Positions 11,850 through 24,842 are shown, numbered from the whole stretch's first letter. The stretch is DNA of 63,921 bases, filler included, from Octopus bimaculoides (GCF_001194135.2; 8 parts of 8 records of this genome joined end to end with filler, not necessarily neighbours in it), one strand, 5' to 3'. Program-made: numbers and translations. The notes: generated by a model from the letters alone, not told the origin.

Positions 11850-12040
11850 AGCAATGCATGTCATCAAAGTGACACTAGGGTACAAATATATGAAACTCAA
11901 TATACCCACCATGACTACCCATCTGATAAGGGTACACCGGGCACACGCATCACAACCATATCTGCACGATATGATGACCTTATATCAGGATGAACAGCGC
12001 CTGGCATTGCAGGTGGGGCCCAGTTAGAATTTTCTTCAGA
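11850..12040. repeat. Unclassified interspersed repeat fragment
   Basis: AAAGTGACACTAGGG..ATGACTACCCATCTGATAAGGGTACACC..GCAGGTGGGGCCCAGTTAGAATTTTCTTCAG recognised from memory as an octopus repeat; single copy here. Confidence 0.35.
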
Positions 12041-12349
12041 ACGTAAACACGCAAAATATATAATATAATAAAAATATGAATGCATAAAAGAATATAGGGT
12101 TTTGTATCAATAAATGCATATGCTCATATGCTTAAAACTGCCAAGTGCCCATGGGCACATATGATTTAAGTGTCAACCAGTAAAGGATTAATATAATTAC
12201 ATATGAATATATTATAATAATCAAATATAACAGTTGTAGTATAATTCAGGGAGTGAGGGTAGTTCATAGTCTGTATTACTATTACACTACGTATTATACA
12301 TGAACATATGGATGGAAGGCGTAAGGGATGAGGTTGGTAAGTAGTAATT

Positions 12350-12830
12350 AAACTAACAAGGGACGTAACCAGTTTGAAGCATGTAAATGCACGACAGACG
12401 TCATGAAGACATGACAATCTAAGTTCCGATTTGCTATTAAATAAGTTATCCTTATCTTTATTCTTCAATATTTGGTACAGTTCAGTGCAGCATAATTTGT
12501 AGTGATATCTCTTATTAGAATACGGTGGCGTCTTTCGAATGATGCCCCACATAATTTGAAACTTAATATTCTTGTCATTTAGTTAGGGAATTTTCATACG
12601 TAATGAGGTGCCAGTAGCATTTTTGTCTATGTCTAACCGAGGATAGGTGGTTACATAATCTCACCTTGAAGTCATGTGAATTGCATGTGTATGTAAAAGT
12701 GCTAGTACCGATGATTATAGTATATCTATGAACTATAGTTTTTGATAGACATGACCCCCTAAACGGATAATTAGTTCGATCCAGTAAATTACAAATATTA
12801 GGGGTCACTCAGTTGTTATATACTTTATAA
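12350..12830 (-). mobile_element. Penelope-like (Naiad-type) GIY-YIG endonuclease remnant
   Basis: ORFs 12575-12808 and 12166-12552 give ICNLLDRTNYPFRGSCLSKTIVH..FKVRLCNHLSS and WGIIRKTPPYSN..KLCCTELYQIL..NLFNSKSELRLSCLH. These match the CNCR..CPL.G.CL, FK.R.YNH..SF and W.I...A.PY..C.LC..EK..LLNKRSEL..CRH pattern. Confidence 0.75.
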
Positions 12831-13679
12831 CCAATATTCTTGCTAACCTTAATATTATTGTTACTGTTAATGCTTACGTACAACACAACCCCGGTGCTTT
12901 ACTATTTAAGTACCTAATTCGTATATATATATATATATATATATATNNNNNNNNNNNNNNNNNNNNNNNNNNNNNNNNNNNNNNNTACTGAGGGTGATAA
13001 ATTGAATATTAATTTCAATTTAAAACCATTGATCTAGCATATAAAAATCTGATAATTCAGAAAAATTGTATTACATGCGTATAAGAAGGGATGTTCTCCA
13101 GAAAAAAAATGGTGTTTACTGAATTTTTTACTGGAGAACATTATTTTTTTGTGGTTGGGTCGTTGATGTCCTCTTTCTAGCATATTGAATGTCCACCTAG
13201 TGGTCATTCCTTTTTATACGTATATATATATATATATATATATAAACGAGCGTGAGTCTCTAGGAGACCATAAGTCAGGGAGAAGATGCACTCATATAAC
13301 TGTTAGTAGAGTGGGTACATTATCCGAATTTTATAGTATTAAGTATCCATCTCGGCTGGTCTTATCTATCGCTTTCGCGCAATAAATACAATGGAATATT
13401 AGGTAACCATCCAATTATATAAAGTGGAACAATAAAGAAAGGATGAAGTACGAAGACCAAAATCTTTTTCCTTTTGACTGTAAAAACCATAAATAATGTA
13501 GCTAGTGCAGAATTATGTAAAACAAAAGAGGCCCAATTCTGAGATAGAGATATTCAATATAGGCGGTTGGTGTCCTCTTGTTCGACAAAACAAACCAGGA
13601 AGATTACTTGGAGATACATTGCATGTTATGTATTAACGACTTCATACTACTAATATTCAATATACAAGTCCATGTATAT

Positions 13680-13746
<67 letters not shown>

Positions 13747-13794
13747 CACANNNNNNNNNNNNNNNNNNNNNNNNNNNNNNNNNNNNNNNNNNNN

Positions 13795-13806
13795 TTAATT
13801 AATTAA
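13795..13806. other. Assembly linker TTAATTAATTAA inside an N gap (also 24144, 37105, 51796, 58213, 60425, 62497)
   Basis: The same 12-mer is flanked by Ns on both sides seven times. Confidence 0.95.
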
Positions 13807-13850
13807 NNNNNNNNNNNNNNNNNNNNNNNNNNNNNNNNNNNNNNNNNNNN

Positions 13851-13956
13851 TATATATATATATGTATGTATGTATATATATATATATGTATGTATATATA
13901 TATATATATGTATGTATATATATATATATATGTATGTATATATATATATATGTATG

Positions 13957-13987
<31 letters not shown>

Positions 13988-14004
13988 ATATATATATATG
14001 TATG

Positions 14005-14037
<33 letters not shown>

Positions 14038-14042
14038 GTATA
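13851..14042. repeat. Compound (TATG)n/(TA)n microsatellite
   Basis: Directly visible. Confidence 0.95.
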
Positions 14043-14044
14043 TG

Positions 14045-14220
14045 TTTGACAACCGATGTTGGTGTGATTACATCCTCGTAACTTAGCAGCTCGGCAAAAG
14101 AGACCAGTAGAATAAGTACTAGGCTTACAAAGAATAATTTCCTGGGGCCGATTTGTTCAACTAAAGACGGTGCTCCAGCATGTCCACAGTCAAATGACTG
14201 AAACAGGAAAAAGAATAAAA

Positions 14221-14225
<5 letters not shown>
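14045..14225 (+). mobile_element. SINE family A 3' half
   Basis: TTGACAACCGATGTTGGTGTG..GCAAAAGAGACC..GGTGCTCCAGCATG..CAGTCAAATGACTGAAACA. Confidence 0.85.
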
Positions 14226-14260
<35 letters not shown>

Positions 14261-14304
14261 TTAATTGCTTTTAAGATCTTATAATTATGATTTGAAAGTT
14301 GAGA

Positions 14305-14460
14305 TGCTGGCAAAATCATTAACACATTGGACAAAATGCTTAGCAGCATTTCTTCCATTCTTTACATATTGTGTTCAAATCCCACTAAGGTCACCTTTGC
14401 TTTACATCCCTTCAAGGTCAATAAAATAAAGTACCAGTCAAGCACTGGGGCTCAAACTAG
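14305..14460 (+). mobile_element. SINE family B, CpG-decayed
   Basis: GCTGGCAAAATCATTAACAC..AAATGCTTAGCAGCATTT..TTCAAATCCC..AAGTACCAGTC aligns to the 54533 copy. Confidence 0.75.
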
Positions 14461-15011
14461 CTGAATTGTCCTTCCTCTGAGTCTTGAGCCCCGCAATGGA
14501 ATAGCATCCTGCTCAGGCGTATATTGATTGTCTCATTATCTCACAATTTTTATACTATTACCTACACTGTTCCCATTGAAAATAAGTAACAATATTTTTG
14601 TTCATAAAAATAGTCTGGTTGACTGTTCTCCTTAACTATTGGTCATTTTGTCCCTTTCAAGTGCCATTTTTTTATATAAACGCCACTTGTTTTCTCATCA
14701 TGAAAGCTTGAAGTTAATTGTTTCCTATCGGGAATGCCAAGTGTTTTTGTATAGACATATTTAAAACTAAGAGAACAGGAAAAAAGTCATTGTTCCAAGT
14801 TATGTTAATAAAAATTTGTGCCCAAATGCATTGTCTTTAAGGAGCAAGATTTGAAGGTAGATATTTGTAATTTCTTTGATTAATTATGTGTCACTCCACG
14901 CAACTTCACAAACTTCCTAAATTACCCTATTGAATCTTGTTAAGACATGAAACCATAATCTATAATTAAAACATATAACTATAAATAATTTAGATGAGGG
15001 TTTTCACTCAC

Positions 15012-15058
15012 CAAGATCCTTAACAAAAGATGGCATTTCCATCTGTTTTCATTCTTAC
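15012..15058 (-). other. Candidate short exon (47 nt) of an unidentified transcript
   Basis: Minus-strand acceptor AATTTTATAG and donor TTG|GTGAGT; one open frame (KNENRWKCHLLLRIL); no homology recognised. Confidence 0.25.
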
Positions 15059-15929
15059 CTATAAAATTGTAACATATATTATTCTACACTATCATAGAGC
15101 TGTCAGAATATATTTGGAAAGAACTCTTTGAAAAACATAGTGGTTGTTAAGAGTGAGACAACAATGGTAATATATAAAAAAAATGTCATTTGGCGTCCCA
15201 TCTTTTTCCTTCTGTAAACTAAAATATATCTTTCTTCGGATATTTCAAGTAATCAAGTAGCAATTTTATAATTAGCTTTAATTTTATTAGTCTGTCTTTT
15301 ATAGTATTGCAGAAGAAGTCTGTCCACAATTTTGTATTTTATCAGAGCCAATCCCTGTTTAGATAGTACCTCAGAGCAAAGAGGTTGAAGCCTTGAGAAA
15401 TTGTCCCTATATAGCATATATTTACTTGACCTAGTCACTGTTACACAAAGGATAACTACTCTACTTGCTTAACTGCTTTGTCAACAAGAAATACATTTAA
15501 ATTTCTAATAAGAGATTAGCAACACTTTAGATGAATAAAACTAGAAAAGTAACTATTATACAACTATAGAGTAATCAAATCACAATAGCAATTTGACATT
15601 TGTATTATTATTAAATACAATGAATAATATATTGATTAAATATCTTCAAGCTGTTAATTTTCATGTATATTTCTTGAAAAGTTTCCTGCTTTTACCAGTC
15701 TTATTATTTATAAAAGGTTATAAATAACTGACATATATAGATGACTGTACACTATTATCAATTCAATAAACTTGGCCCCTTCTCATAGGAAAATTGAATT
15801 GATTTCAGTACATGAGTGATATTTATTTTACTAACCCAAGAAAAAGAAACAAACAGAAAAAAAACAGGTAGGTTTTTAACTGAGAAAGATAAGGTGCCAT
15901 TACTCCATCATCTTTACCAATTATAAACA

Positions 15930-16497
15930 AATAATTCTTTCTACCAAATTAACAAACCCTAAAATTTTGGAGATTAGGGGCTAGTTGATTACATCAACCC
16001 CAATATTCAACTCCCTCAACTTGAAAATGATGAAAGGCAAAGTCAACCTCAGTGGAATTTAAACTTAGGGCATAATGACAGACAAAATGCCACTAAACAT
16101 TTTGCCCTATGTGCATTTTACCAGCTCACCACCTTGATAATAATAATATGAACAACCTGGTGTGTACATTTTAATAGCCTACGAATATATGCAGTGAGTT
16201 TCTTTGCCCAAGGTGTTGGGAAGACACTTGGCAAGAAACGGAAACAAAACTGAAAAAGATAATGATAATAATAATAATCCTTTCTACTATAGGCACAAGG
16301 CCTGAAATTTTGAGGAAAAGGGCTTGTCAATTTCATCAACTCCAGTACTTGACTGGTACTTATTTTATTGACTCCAAAAGGATGAAAGGTGAAGTCAACC
16401 TTGGCAGAATCTGTACTCAGAATGTAAAGACGAACAAAGTGCTGCTAAGCAATTTGTCCAGTGTGCTAGATTCTATCAGCTCACTGGTTTAATAATG

Positions 16498-16530
<33 letters not shown>

Positions 16531-16860
16531 TTGTTGTATTTGGGGATGGTCATGTTGCCAGTTTAGCCAATAAAAACACACACACTATATATTCGGTGTT
16601 AATTTGCTTCAGCTTTATTTTATTTTTTACATTAATCATATAATAATAATGATAATAATTGCTAACTTTAGTACACATTTGTAGACAAGGTGTATTGTTA
16701 CTTTCAGTTTACTTCAGTAGTTAACTGGTGCTTGTTTAATCAACACCAGAAGAATGGAAAGCAAAGTCAATCTCAACAGAATTTGAATGCAGAATATGAA
16801 AGGCTACAACTAAATGTTGCATGGCATTTTTGTCCTATACCCTACTGTTTGTTCTTCCAC
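15930..16860 (-). mobile_element. Cluster of three decayed SINE family B copies (15930-16130, 16280-16490, 16690-16860)
   Basis: Repeated GATGAAAGG(C/T)(A/G)AAGTCAACCT.GG..GAAT(T/C)TG.ACTCAGAATGTAAAG blocks. Confidence 0.75.
16140..16278 (+). mobile_element. R4/Dong 3' UTR-only insertion between TAA repeats
   Basis: GTGTACATTTTAAT..CAGTGAGTTTCTTTGCCCAAGGTGTTGGGAAGACACTTGG aligns to 2990-3060; GATAATAATAAT on both flanks. Confidence 0.7.
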
Positions 16861-17936
16861 TCCACTGCTCTCTTATAAATATTGATTTCTCCTAGGGGGC
16901 ATAAATTTCAATGGGAAAGGGTAAACCTGACTGAATTGATAAGATACAGTTGTGTATATACATACATATATATGTGTATGTATACACACACACACACACA
17001 TATTGTGTATGCAAGCAAATCCTTTAATGATTATGTTAATATAACAAAATAGAAACTGCCAATGTAACCATATCATGTTACTTGCAACAGATTCTCTGTT
17101 ATTCTCTACTATCCAACTCTTTTATCATAGAAGCTCTTAGACTTTTCATCAGTGTTTACATTTTTGCAACCGGAAACATCTCAGATTCCTTAATGTATTT
17201 TCCGTATCTTTCTCTGACCAGCTTCACTCCCTATATATGTAATTGTCATCACTGCTGATCAATTTAGTTCTTAACTTATTTTCTGCTATGATAAAAGTGT
17301 AAACAGAAGGAATATTGTTTAGAATAAGTTTTGAGGAGGAAATTAATATCTTTCAATTTCTTAAAAGAACAACTGATGTTCATTTTTGGAAAAGTTTTTG
17401 TGGCAATGTTGCTAGAGCCTGCTCCATGTCTTACTCATGACTCATTTTTTTTTGTTTTTACATTGGTGCTAAGAAACAAAAAGACCACCCGGAAAGATAA
17501 ACAAGCAATTAAAGAAATAAAAAATAAAACACTGGTCTAGTTTATTCTATAAATGTGGTTCATTTCAATGTTCTGTTTTTGTCGTAATTTTTTTTTCATG
17601 TTCTGATTTAAGCCAAAACAGAACCAGTTTGTTAAGCTATTAGTGTAACCTGTTTCTATATCACTATATTTTTCAATTGTCTACATCAGCAAATACCAGC
17701 CCAAATATGGGTCAAAATCACAAGAAATATTGCTTGAGTGCATACATTTTTGCATTTCATTGTAAAATTGCATTCATTTAAGCATATACATACATGAAAA
17801 TGTATATATAATTTGTATGTGTGGGTATAAACAATAGCTAAAGAAGTGCATTTGTGTGGGTGTGTTTAGTGCTAATAATGTGATTTAATTTTTCAATAGT
17901 AGAAAATGACAAGTTAGTTGGATTTGTATTACTAAC

Positions 17937-17994
17937 TGCTTGAGACAGGGTTCATCCACAAGATTATAACATATTGCACTTCCTGCACCATATA
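17937..17994 (-). other. Candidate short exon (58 nt)
   Basis: Strong acceptor TTTTATTTATCTTTTAG, donor GCA|GTTAGT; two open frames (YGAGSAICYNLVDEPCLK or YMVQEVQYVIILWMNPVSS); product not recognised. Confidence 0.3.
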
Positions 17995-18379
17995 CTAAAA
18001 GATAAATAAAAGCTCATTTCAATTTCTTAATTTCAATCAAGCTTGATGCAAATTAGCTAACATAACATGGCAAATCACAGATGAATATCAAACTGGCTAA
18101 ACCATTTAGAGGTTCTTTCAGTTTTAAACCCTTAAAGGCCACTTAAATTAGCAGCACTCATAATAGTTACTCTAAAATATACTGTTCCATCACCAAATCA
18201 TTTCACTCCGGAATCAAGGTAAAATGAGAGCAAGTAAAAGATTATAAACAAATTGTGTTTCTTATTGACATTATATCTTCATTTTTCTTTTTCCTTGATT
18301 TATCATCATCATCATCATCATCATCATCATTCATCATCATAATTGGCTTGCTAATTATGTTTTCAAACTTACCAATGTG

Positions 18380-18760
18380 GTCTGCTTTCTGTAGCCCCAT
18401 TATGGCTTGATACAGAGCATGGATAGTGTCCTACATTACTAAGTTTCAAAACAATTTTTATTATGATACTCTGTTTCCATAAACTGCATGCAGGAATTAT
18501 CTTCAGTTCCTATAATTCTCTCCAAAATAGTTACTTACTCGTATTCTATTCATGTGTTTTATCTTGGAGTTGGCTATAAGAAAAAGATGGAAGAAGACAG
18601 ATATACTCCAATATAAATGAAAAGGGGTTTGGAATTTGTTGATGGCTATTGAAATGTTGAAATAATAGGAAATCTCCAGATTTCTTTGATATTGTATCTG
18701 TTCTTTCTTGTGAGGTTTTGACATATCTTTGCTTATTTCTCTTCTTGCTTCTACTTCACT
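18380..18760 (-). mobile_element. Possible decayed PLE GIY-YIG C-terminal remnant
   Basis: Minus-strand translation KYVKTSQERT..LLFQHFNSHQ..LFWREL weakly resembles YVG.T.R..HFN..E.FWI.EL. Confidence 0.3.
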
Positions 18761-18959
18761 AATTCTTCTTGAAGTAAGTCTTATTACTGCCCTGTTTGTA
18801 GTTTGTCACTAATATGTATGCATGTATTAGAATATATGTACATATGTATATGTATTTTTGTATGTTTGTGTATGTGTGTATGAGTGTGTGTACATGTATG
18901 TGAATGTGTGTGTATATATATATATATACATATATATATACACACACACACACACATAT

Positions 18960-19590
18960 GTGTATGGACGAGGACAGCTGTGTAAAGAAGTGCTGATCTC
19001 AAACTGTGGAGGGAGCTTGTGGTAGAAGTAGACCCAGGAAGACATGGGACGAGGTGGTGAAGCATGATCTTCAAACTTTGAGCCCCACAGAGGCAATGAC
19101 TAGTGACTGAGACTTTGGCGATATGCTGTGTTTGAGAGGATCCATTAAGCCAAGTGCACCCGTGCTGGTGACATGTAAAGAACACTTTTCAAGCATTGGG
19201 CCTCACAGAGGCAAAGTAGCTGAGTTCCTTTCGAGTGTTGGCCTCACGGAGGCAATGACCGAATCCTTTGGCATTATGTTTTGCTTGAGAAGAAGACCCA
19301 TCAAGCTGAGCAAAATCACAGTCATGGCAGATACTAGTGTCACACAAATTGGTACCCCTTCTGGTGGCACATAAAAGCACCCCGATGTTACACAAATGGC
19401 ACCCATGCTGGTGGCATGTAAAAGCATCCATTACACTCTCAGAGTGGTTGGCATTACGAAAGGCATCCAGCCATAGAAAACCTTGCCAAATCAGACTGGA
19501 GTGTTGGTACAGCCTTCCAGTGTGCCAGCTCTGTCAAACTGTCCAATCCATACCAGCATGGACAACAGACATTAAATGATGATGATGATA
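18960..19590 (+). mobile_element. 5'-truncated RTE LINE 3' end (C-terminus, modular 3' UTR, (GAT)n tail)
   Basis: MDEDSCVKKC..VEGACGRSRPRKTWDEVVKHDL; colinear with 30700-31295. Confidence 0.85.
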
Positions 19591-22500
19591 GAAGATATAA
19601 GGATACAGAATCCAGGCAGGTGCCATATGAGTACTCCGATATAATCCAGATTATGGCTAACTGTATCGAGTTGTAAGGAGCATCTAGGGTTACTTAAGGT
19701 AAGCAATCCTAATTTTCATCTGATGAGAAAATCTTGGGTTCTTTTCACTAGATTATAAATATTTTCTTAAGTGTGTATCCAAGACAATTACAATGAATAT
19801 GGAGATTAGTACATCTGCATATTTCTATTTCTACAGTCATTTATACAGCATATTTGATTTAAGTGCATTCAACACACATTTCTGCTGCATAACCATCTCA
19901 CAATTACATTTGCATTCAGTTACAACTTTAGTCAAGGTCCATCCACTGACGTGATTTGAAATGAACTAAGTGTATGTAGGTTTAGGTAGCATTATGTTTG
20001 GTGGGTTATTAATTTTTGAGTGCAAAGAATGTGAGAGGAAGATTTGGAAACCAGATACAGTTATAAAACTGGTATGAGTTTGATCCCATCCTGACCCTAG
20101 GTTTGAATTTCAAATTGAGACTACTAGGCTTTTAATTTGGTCAAAATATATGTTTTAAAAACACTAACCTTAGGTGGATTATGAATTAGTGAGCTTCAGA
20201 TATTGCATACAACTACTGGTTAAAAATTCAGATATAATTAAATATATGAGATATGTAGAACTTACTTGTGAGGCCAATTTGAATTTTTCATAGTATTAGT
20301 CAAGTTTGAATCTACATGCAGTTTCGTCATTTTATATATGTGACAAGAATTTTCAAAATTGGGTAGGAGACAATAGGAAACAGAAAGGTGTATAGGTCTA
20401 AAGAGAGTACATGAGCTTTTTTTCCTCTGGTGGTGGGTGATATGGGATCCAGGATCTAGGGGTGGTAGCCACATTGAAGATCAAGAGGTGTTAAGTGGAA
20501 TGGTTGACAGAGCAGAAGTGTCAAGAGACAGGTGACTTGTTGCCAAGTCAGATGTCTCCCAGATGATCTGCAAACCTATCACCTAGTTGGCACTCAGTTT
20601 GTTTGATATGGAAGAGAGAGCAAGTGACAATGAGAAAAAGAGAGAGAGAAAGTGTGTGTGTGAATAAAAATGACCAAGGGAGATAACTCCAATAAGATTA
20701 GATTTATCTTCCTTTTGTGACATGAAATAATAAGCATGTTTACGAATGTGTTTGTGTATATATATATATATATATATCTTTCCATTTCCGGGGAAAGGAG
20801 CCATTTATGCATGATTTCAATGTCACATTCATTGAAAGCATGCAAAATAATCTGGAACAGAAAAAAAAACCCATGAAACAAAACTCTATTGCTGGGAAAC
20901 TCAAATTTTCCAGGTGACCCAACATGTCACAGGTAGTCTAGTATATTTACATATATATAAAAATAAATGTATGTATGTATATATGTATGTGTTTATGTAT
21001 GTATACATGTACAACTTGTTACATAGTCAGACTGTCAATAACTAAACCAGTAACAACACCAAGCCTGCTTGGACAACCAGTGGAACGAAAAGCAGAATGG
21101 ACTTAGATGAGTCAGTTGCCATCCAATTCCATGATATATATGCATGCACAAGGTCTTAGAGGTTTCTGGTTTTGTTCCCATGAGCACATTTTGCCAACCA
21201 GGGTGGATTGGACTCAAAGCTATCGCAAAGCCAACTGACCCAGGAGATGAATAATTCTAACAGAAAAACCTGAGGTATATTGTTCTTTGAGTTTGTGGAA
21301 AACATTTGCACCAACTTATATTTTCTATATTAGAAATGTTGGAGTAATTCTCATAAATACACTCATGAATGAAGAACTCTAAATACTTACACACTAACTT
21401 TTCACCAACACATACCGTTTTATTCTTTATATTTCTCTGGAACATATACATATAACCTACATGAGCAGAATAAGAACAAGGGGAGGAAGAGGGGATCAAC
21501 AAAGGCAGATTTGAGAATGATAGCACATATGAGAGGTATTAAAGATGAGATACGGCAGACCTAAGATGTAGCTCAAAGGAAAGAGAAAGATAACTGAAGG
21601 CACAGAAAGGGATTGATCAGTAGAAATTTCTGTAGAAAGGGATGATAATGAGAATGAGGAATGGATGTTAATAGAAGGTGATTCCAAGAGGAGAAGGGGA
21701 TACATGGTAGTACAAAACAGTGAGGATGATGAAATATATAGTGATACTGCTCTCAGATAATTACAAATGCTACGTAGTACCATTGGGTGTTGGGAGGATG
21801 AGATGTGGAAAATGCTTGAGATAGCAGATTGGCTGCAGGATCAGGGTCTGGCATGTACAACCAGATGTACATTTAAATATGCTTTACAAAATTTAGATTT
21901 GTGTGTGTGTGTGTGTGTGTGTGTGAGTGATTGTTATTGTTGTAGCATTTGTTAACCTTTTAGGTACCATAACAAAATGAATGTGTGTGATCTGCACCTA
22001 AAAAGCCTTGTTTTGGTCTTAATAGCAGGATAGTGTTTGCTCTGACTGTAAAGGCTCTCACTGGAATGATTGACTGTCTTGGCTGTAGCAACAGAATTTG
22101 AAGGCAGTGTCTACCAATCTTGTCCTAGTGATGTGTGTGTGTGTGTGCATATGTATATGTGTGTATTGTTCTAAGTATTCCTTGTTGATTAAACTGATTC
22201 ATGTCCTAGTTTCATAAGTATTTTGTAACAACTATAATGTTGAAGTTCTTAGTTTAGTTGAATCATCTTAATACAGCATAGAATAAAGTCAACATTTACA
22301 AGTGAGGTCAACGGTGTAGCTAATAATTAAAGCAAAATCTGTAAAAAAAAAAAACTTCAAAAAATGTTTTTTTTTTCAAATTTAAACCAGCCTATGACTG
22401 CCTGACATTTTCTTGACATTGACTGAAAAGTTAAATTTTAAAGTTTATTGGTTTTATTTGCTTGTGTCATAGCAGATGGTGTAATATAAAAAGTTATTAT

Positions 22501-22646
22501 TGTGCAGCTGAGTTCACTAGACAGGAATAATGTCAAATAGACCGATATTCCTGCTTTACATGAGCCTTTCAAGATTCTGTCTTATATGCAGCAACAGTCT
22601 TGAGAAAGCATATTGCTCTTCAACTATCCCTCTTCCCCACTTTCAT

Positions 22647-22682
<36 letters not shown>

Positions 22683-22729
22683 CACACACACACACACACA
22701 CACATATATATGTTTCCATAGAAACCATA

Positions 22730-23830
22730 TAATAAGTTAATATTTAGATAAGTAATATGTAAATAAATATCAAACTATTTTCTTTGCAATTTTCTTTTTC
22801 CTCCCTATATAGTGGTAAACAATTTAGTATATACTCAAAATATTCATAGAAGTTTTATCCTTTTGTTAAAATTTCATTCTTAATAATTTTCTTGATTACC
22901 CTGAATTTTAACTTTATACAATAAGATAATATTGTTTGAAATAATCTTTAGAAATTACTTGATTTTTCTCTTTCTTAAATGGCTCTACCCTCCTGATCTT
23001 AATATTTTATAAGGGCCTTTATATAAATAACCCTTCTAAACAAGTACCACTAAGAAACTATAAATATCATGTAAGGAGTAACAATAACTTCTTAAACCTA
23101 TAATATAACCCTTAGTTTATATATAGAAAGATTAGTGTAAAATATGAATGTTCCATAACTTAAATATTCCTTTAACTGATATCAGACATCAGTCTTTTAT
23201 TGATATTAGCTAAATAAGTAAATATATAATTTCTAGTCTAATATATTTTTGAATTATTATACTTTTTCTATAAATCTTCTCTATTGGTGTTAATAAGCTA
23301 CATATACTTTACCATAGTATTAGTAATTAAGCTATTTTATTCCTTTTCTATGGTGTTCTGCCCTACTTGATTATTTTATTTCATTTCTTTATTAATTTAT
23401 AATTAGCCTTTATTTATTCATAAAATTAAGCTAATCTTTGTATCTCTATAAATTCATACTTAGCTTATATAAAAGTATATTCACTACTTATATATAAAAA
23501 AACTGCTTAGATTATAATTTTATTAATATATAATTAAAATGTTCTTTTACCTCAATACTCCTTTATTAATACCAGTATATGCCAATTAATTAATATTCAC
23601 AGATACCATATGATGAGTTAGTATTTAAGTGTACAATGTGTATAAATATTAAACTATTTCAGGTTAATTTCTTTTCCTCCCTCTATTGTGGTAAAAGTTT
23701 GGTATATACTCAAAAATATTCATAAATTTCTATCCTTTTTTAATATATTCTTCTTAATAACCCTCTGAATAGCCATAAAATTTAACTGTATACAATATAG
23801 CAACATTGTTTAAAACATTTAATTGTAGTA
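22730..23830. repeat. Very AT-rich block bounded by diverged 180-bp direct repeats
   Basis: 22760-22945 aligns with 23640-23825 (AAACTATTT..TTTCCTCCCT.TAT.GTGGTAAA..GTATATACTCAAAA.ATTCATA..TATCCTTTT..TTCTTAATAA..ACT.TATACAATA). Confidence 0.7.
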
Positions 23831-23850
23831 CTACATGATAAGACTTCCCC

Positions 23851-24099
23851 TGTGTTATATGGACTGTTAGATATGTAATTCGTCTGACGTTCCGTGTGTC
23901 ATGTGGTTCGTCTGAGTTCATTGTTTCATTGTTGTTGTCTTGTGGGACTGTCGTAGTAAAATGTCATTGATATATATATGGCGGACATGACTTTTGTTTA
24001 TTCATAACGAACATTGGGTGAGTGCGTTCTTTGTATGTAATTGAACAATAAATGTAATAATTAAATTGTATAACTCGTTATGTTATCTCTGCGAGTCAT
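23851..24099 (+). mobile_element. Possible solo LTR, cut by a gap
   Basis: Abrupt TG(T) start and composition change, TATATATA box, AATAAA at about 24047; no PBS or PPT visible. Confidence 0.35.
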
Positions 24100-24200
24100 N
24101 NNNNNNNNNNNNNNNNNNNNNNNNNNNNNNNNNNNNNNNNNNNTTAATTAATTAANNNNNNNNNNNNNNNNNNNNNNNNNNNNNNNNNNNNNNNNNNNNT

Positions 24201-24305
24201 CATTAAAAATAGATATTTATTAATGAAATTTTCTACAGTTATGCTCCAGATGTTTGAATATATTGCACTGTAGAAAATTTCATTAAAATATATCTATTTT
24301 CAATG
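24201..24305. repeat. 39-bp inverted repeat (hairpin or MITE-like)
   Basis: 24201-24239 is the near-perfect reverse complement of 24267-24305. Confidence 0.85.
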
Positions 24306-24689
24306 AACACGACCTCGCCGAGTGAGGGTCACCATGCAGTTCTAGAAATTCACCTACTCAACATTATACACTTCAGAAATGGCAGCCAAAAAATAAACAA
24401 ATATTTTTTTCTTTTGGGATTGAATTCCGCCATAGAAATTCATATAGATAAGATGAGACTGAGGATTTCGTTTTCAGCAACAATAAGATGTTGTGCAGCC
24501 GGTCTTCCACGAAGCATTTTCGATTTCTCATAAGAAACTATGATGTTCAATGACGTGTGTGATTTATATGTAAACAGTTAACGTCAATCAAATCACGTGT
24601 GATTTATTTATAAACAGAGTAGTACGGAGAATACTGATAAGATGTTCAGTTACTTCCCTTGAATATTTTTTTTTTTTTTTAGCCCCTAA

Positions 24690-24835
24690 ACTTGAAGATT
24701 ACCCAATATATTCCCCTCTCAGATTCACACACTTATTGCAGTGGTTCTTCAGTCTTTCTAAGCCTTGAAAAAGAATTTAGAAGGTTGGGTCTCCAATAAA
24801 GCCTTTTACAATACCCTTGAAACCAGGAACTTTTC
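24690..24835 (-). mobile_element. Mariner transposase C-terminal remnant
   Basis: FFQGLERLKNHCNKCVNLRGEYIG* matches the mariner G...L..RW.KC....G.Y.E end. Confidence 0.7.
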
Positions 24836-24842
24836 AGTGCAC

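Noticed and set aside
12130-12170. Possible decayed hammerhead around the palindrome GTGCCCATGGGCAC
   Set aside because: Stem-like arms exist, but neither CUGANGA nor GAAA is present, and the better-looking strand is antisense to the adjacent PLE remnant.
15829-15872. Perfect branch point TACTAAC and donor CAG|GTAGGT on the plus strand
   Set aside because: No polypyrimidine tract; the nearest AG is too close and the sequence between is an A-rich run.
21540-21850. Purine-rich stretch with short acidic reading frames
   Set aside because: Stops in all frames and no family motif; probably an old unclassified repeat.
22730-23830. Annotation as a mitochondrial insert (NUMT)
   Set aside because: No rRNA, tRNA or OXPHOS motif recognised; kept only as an unexplained block.
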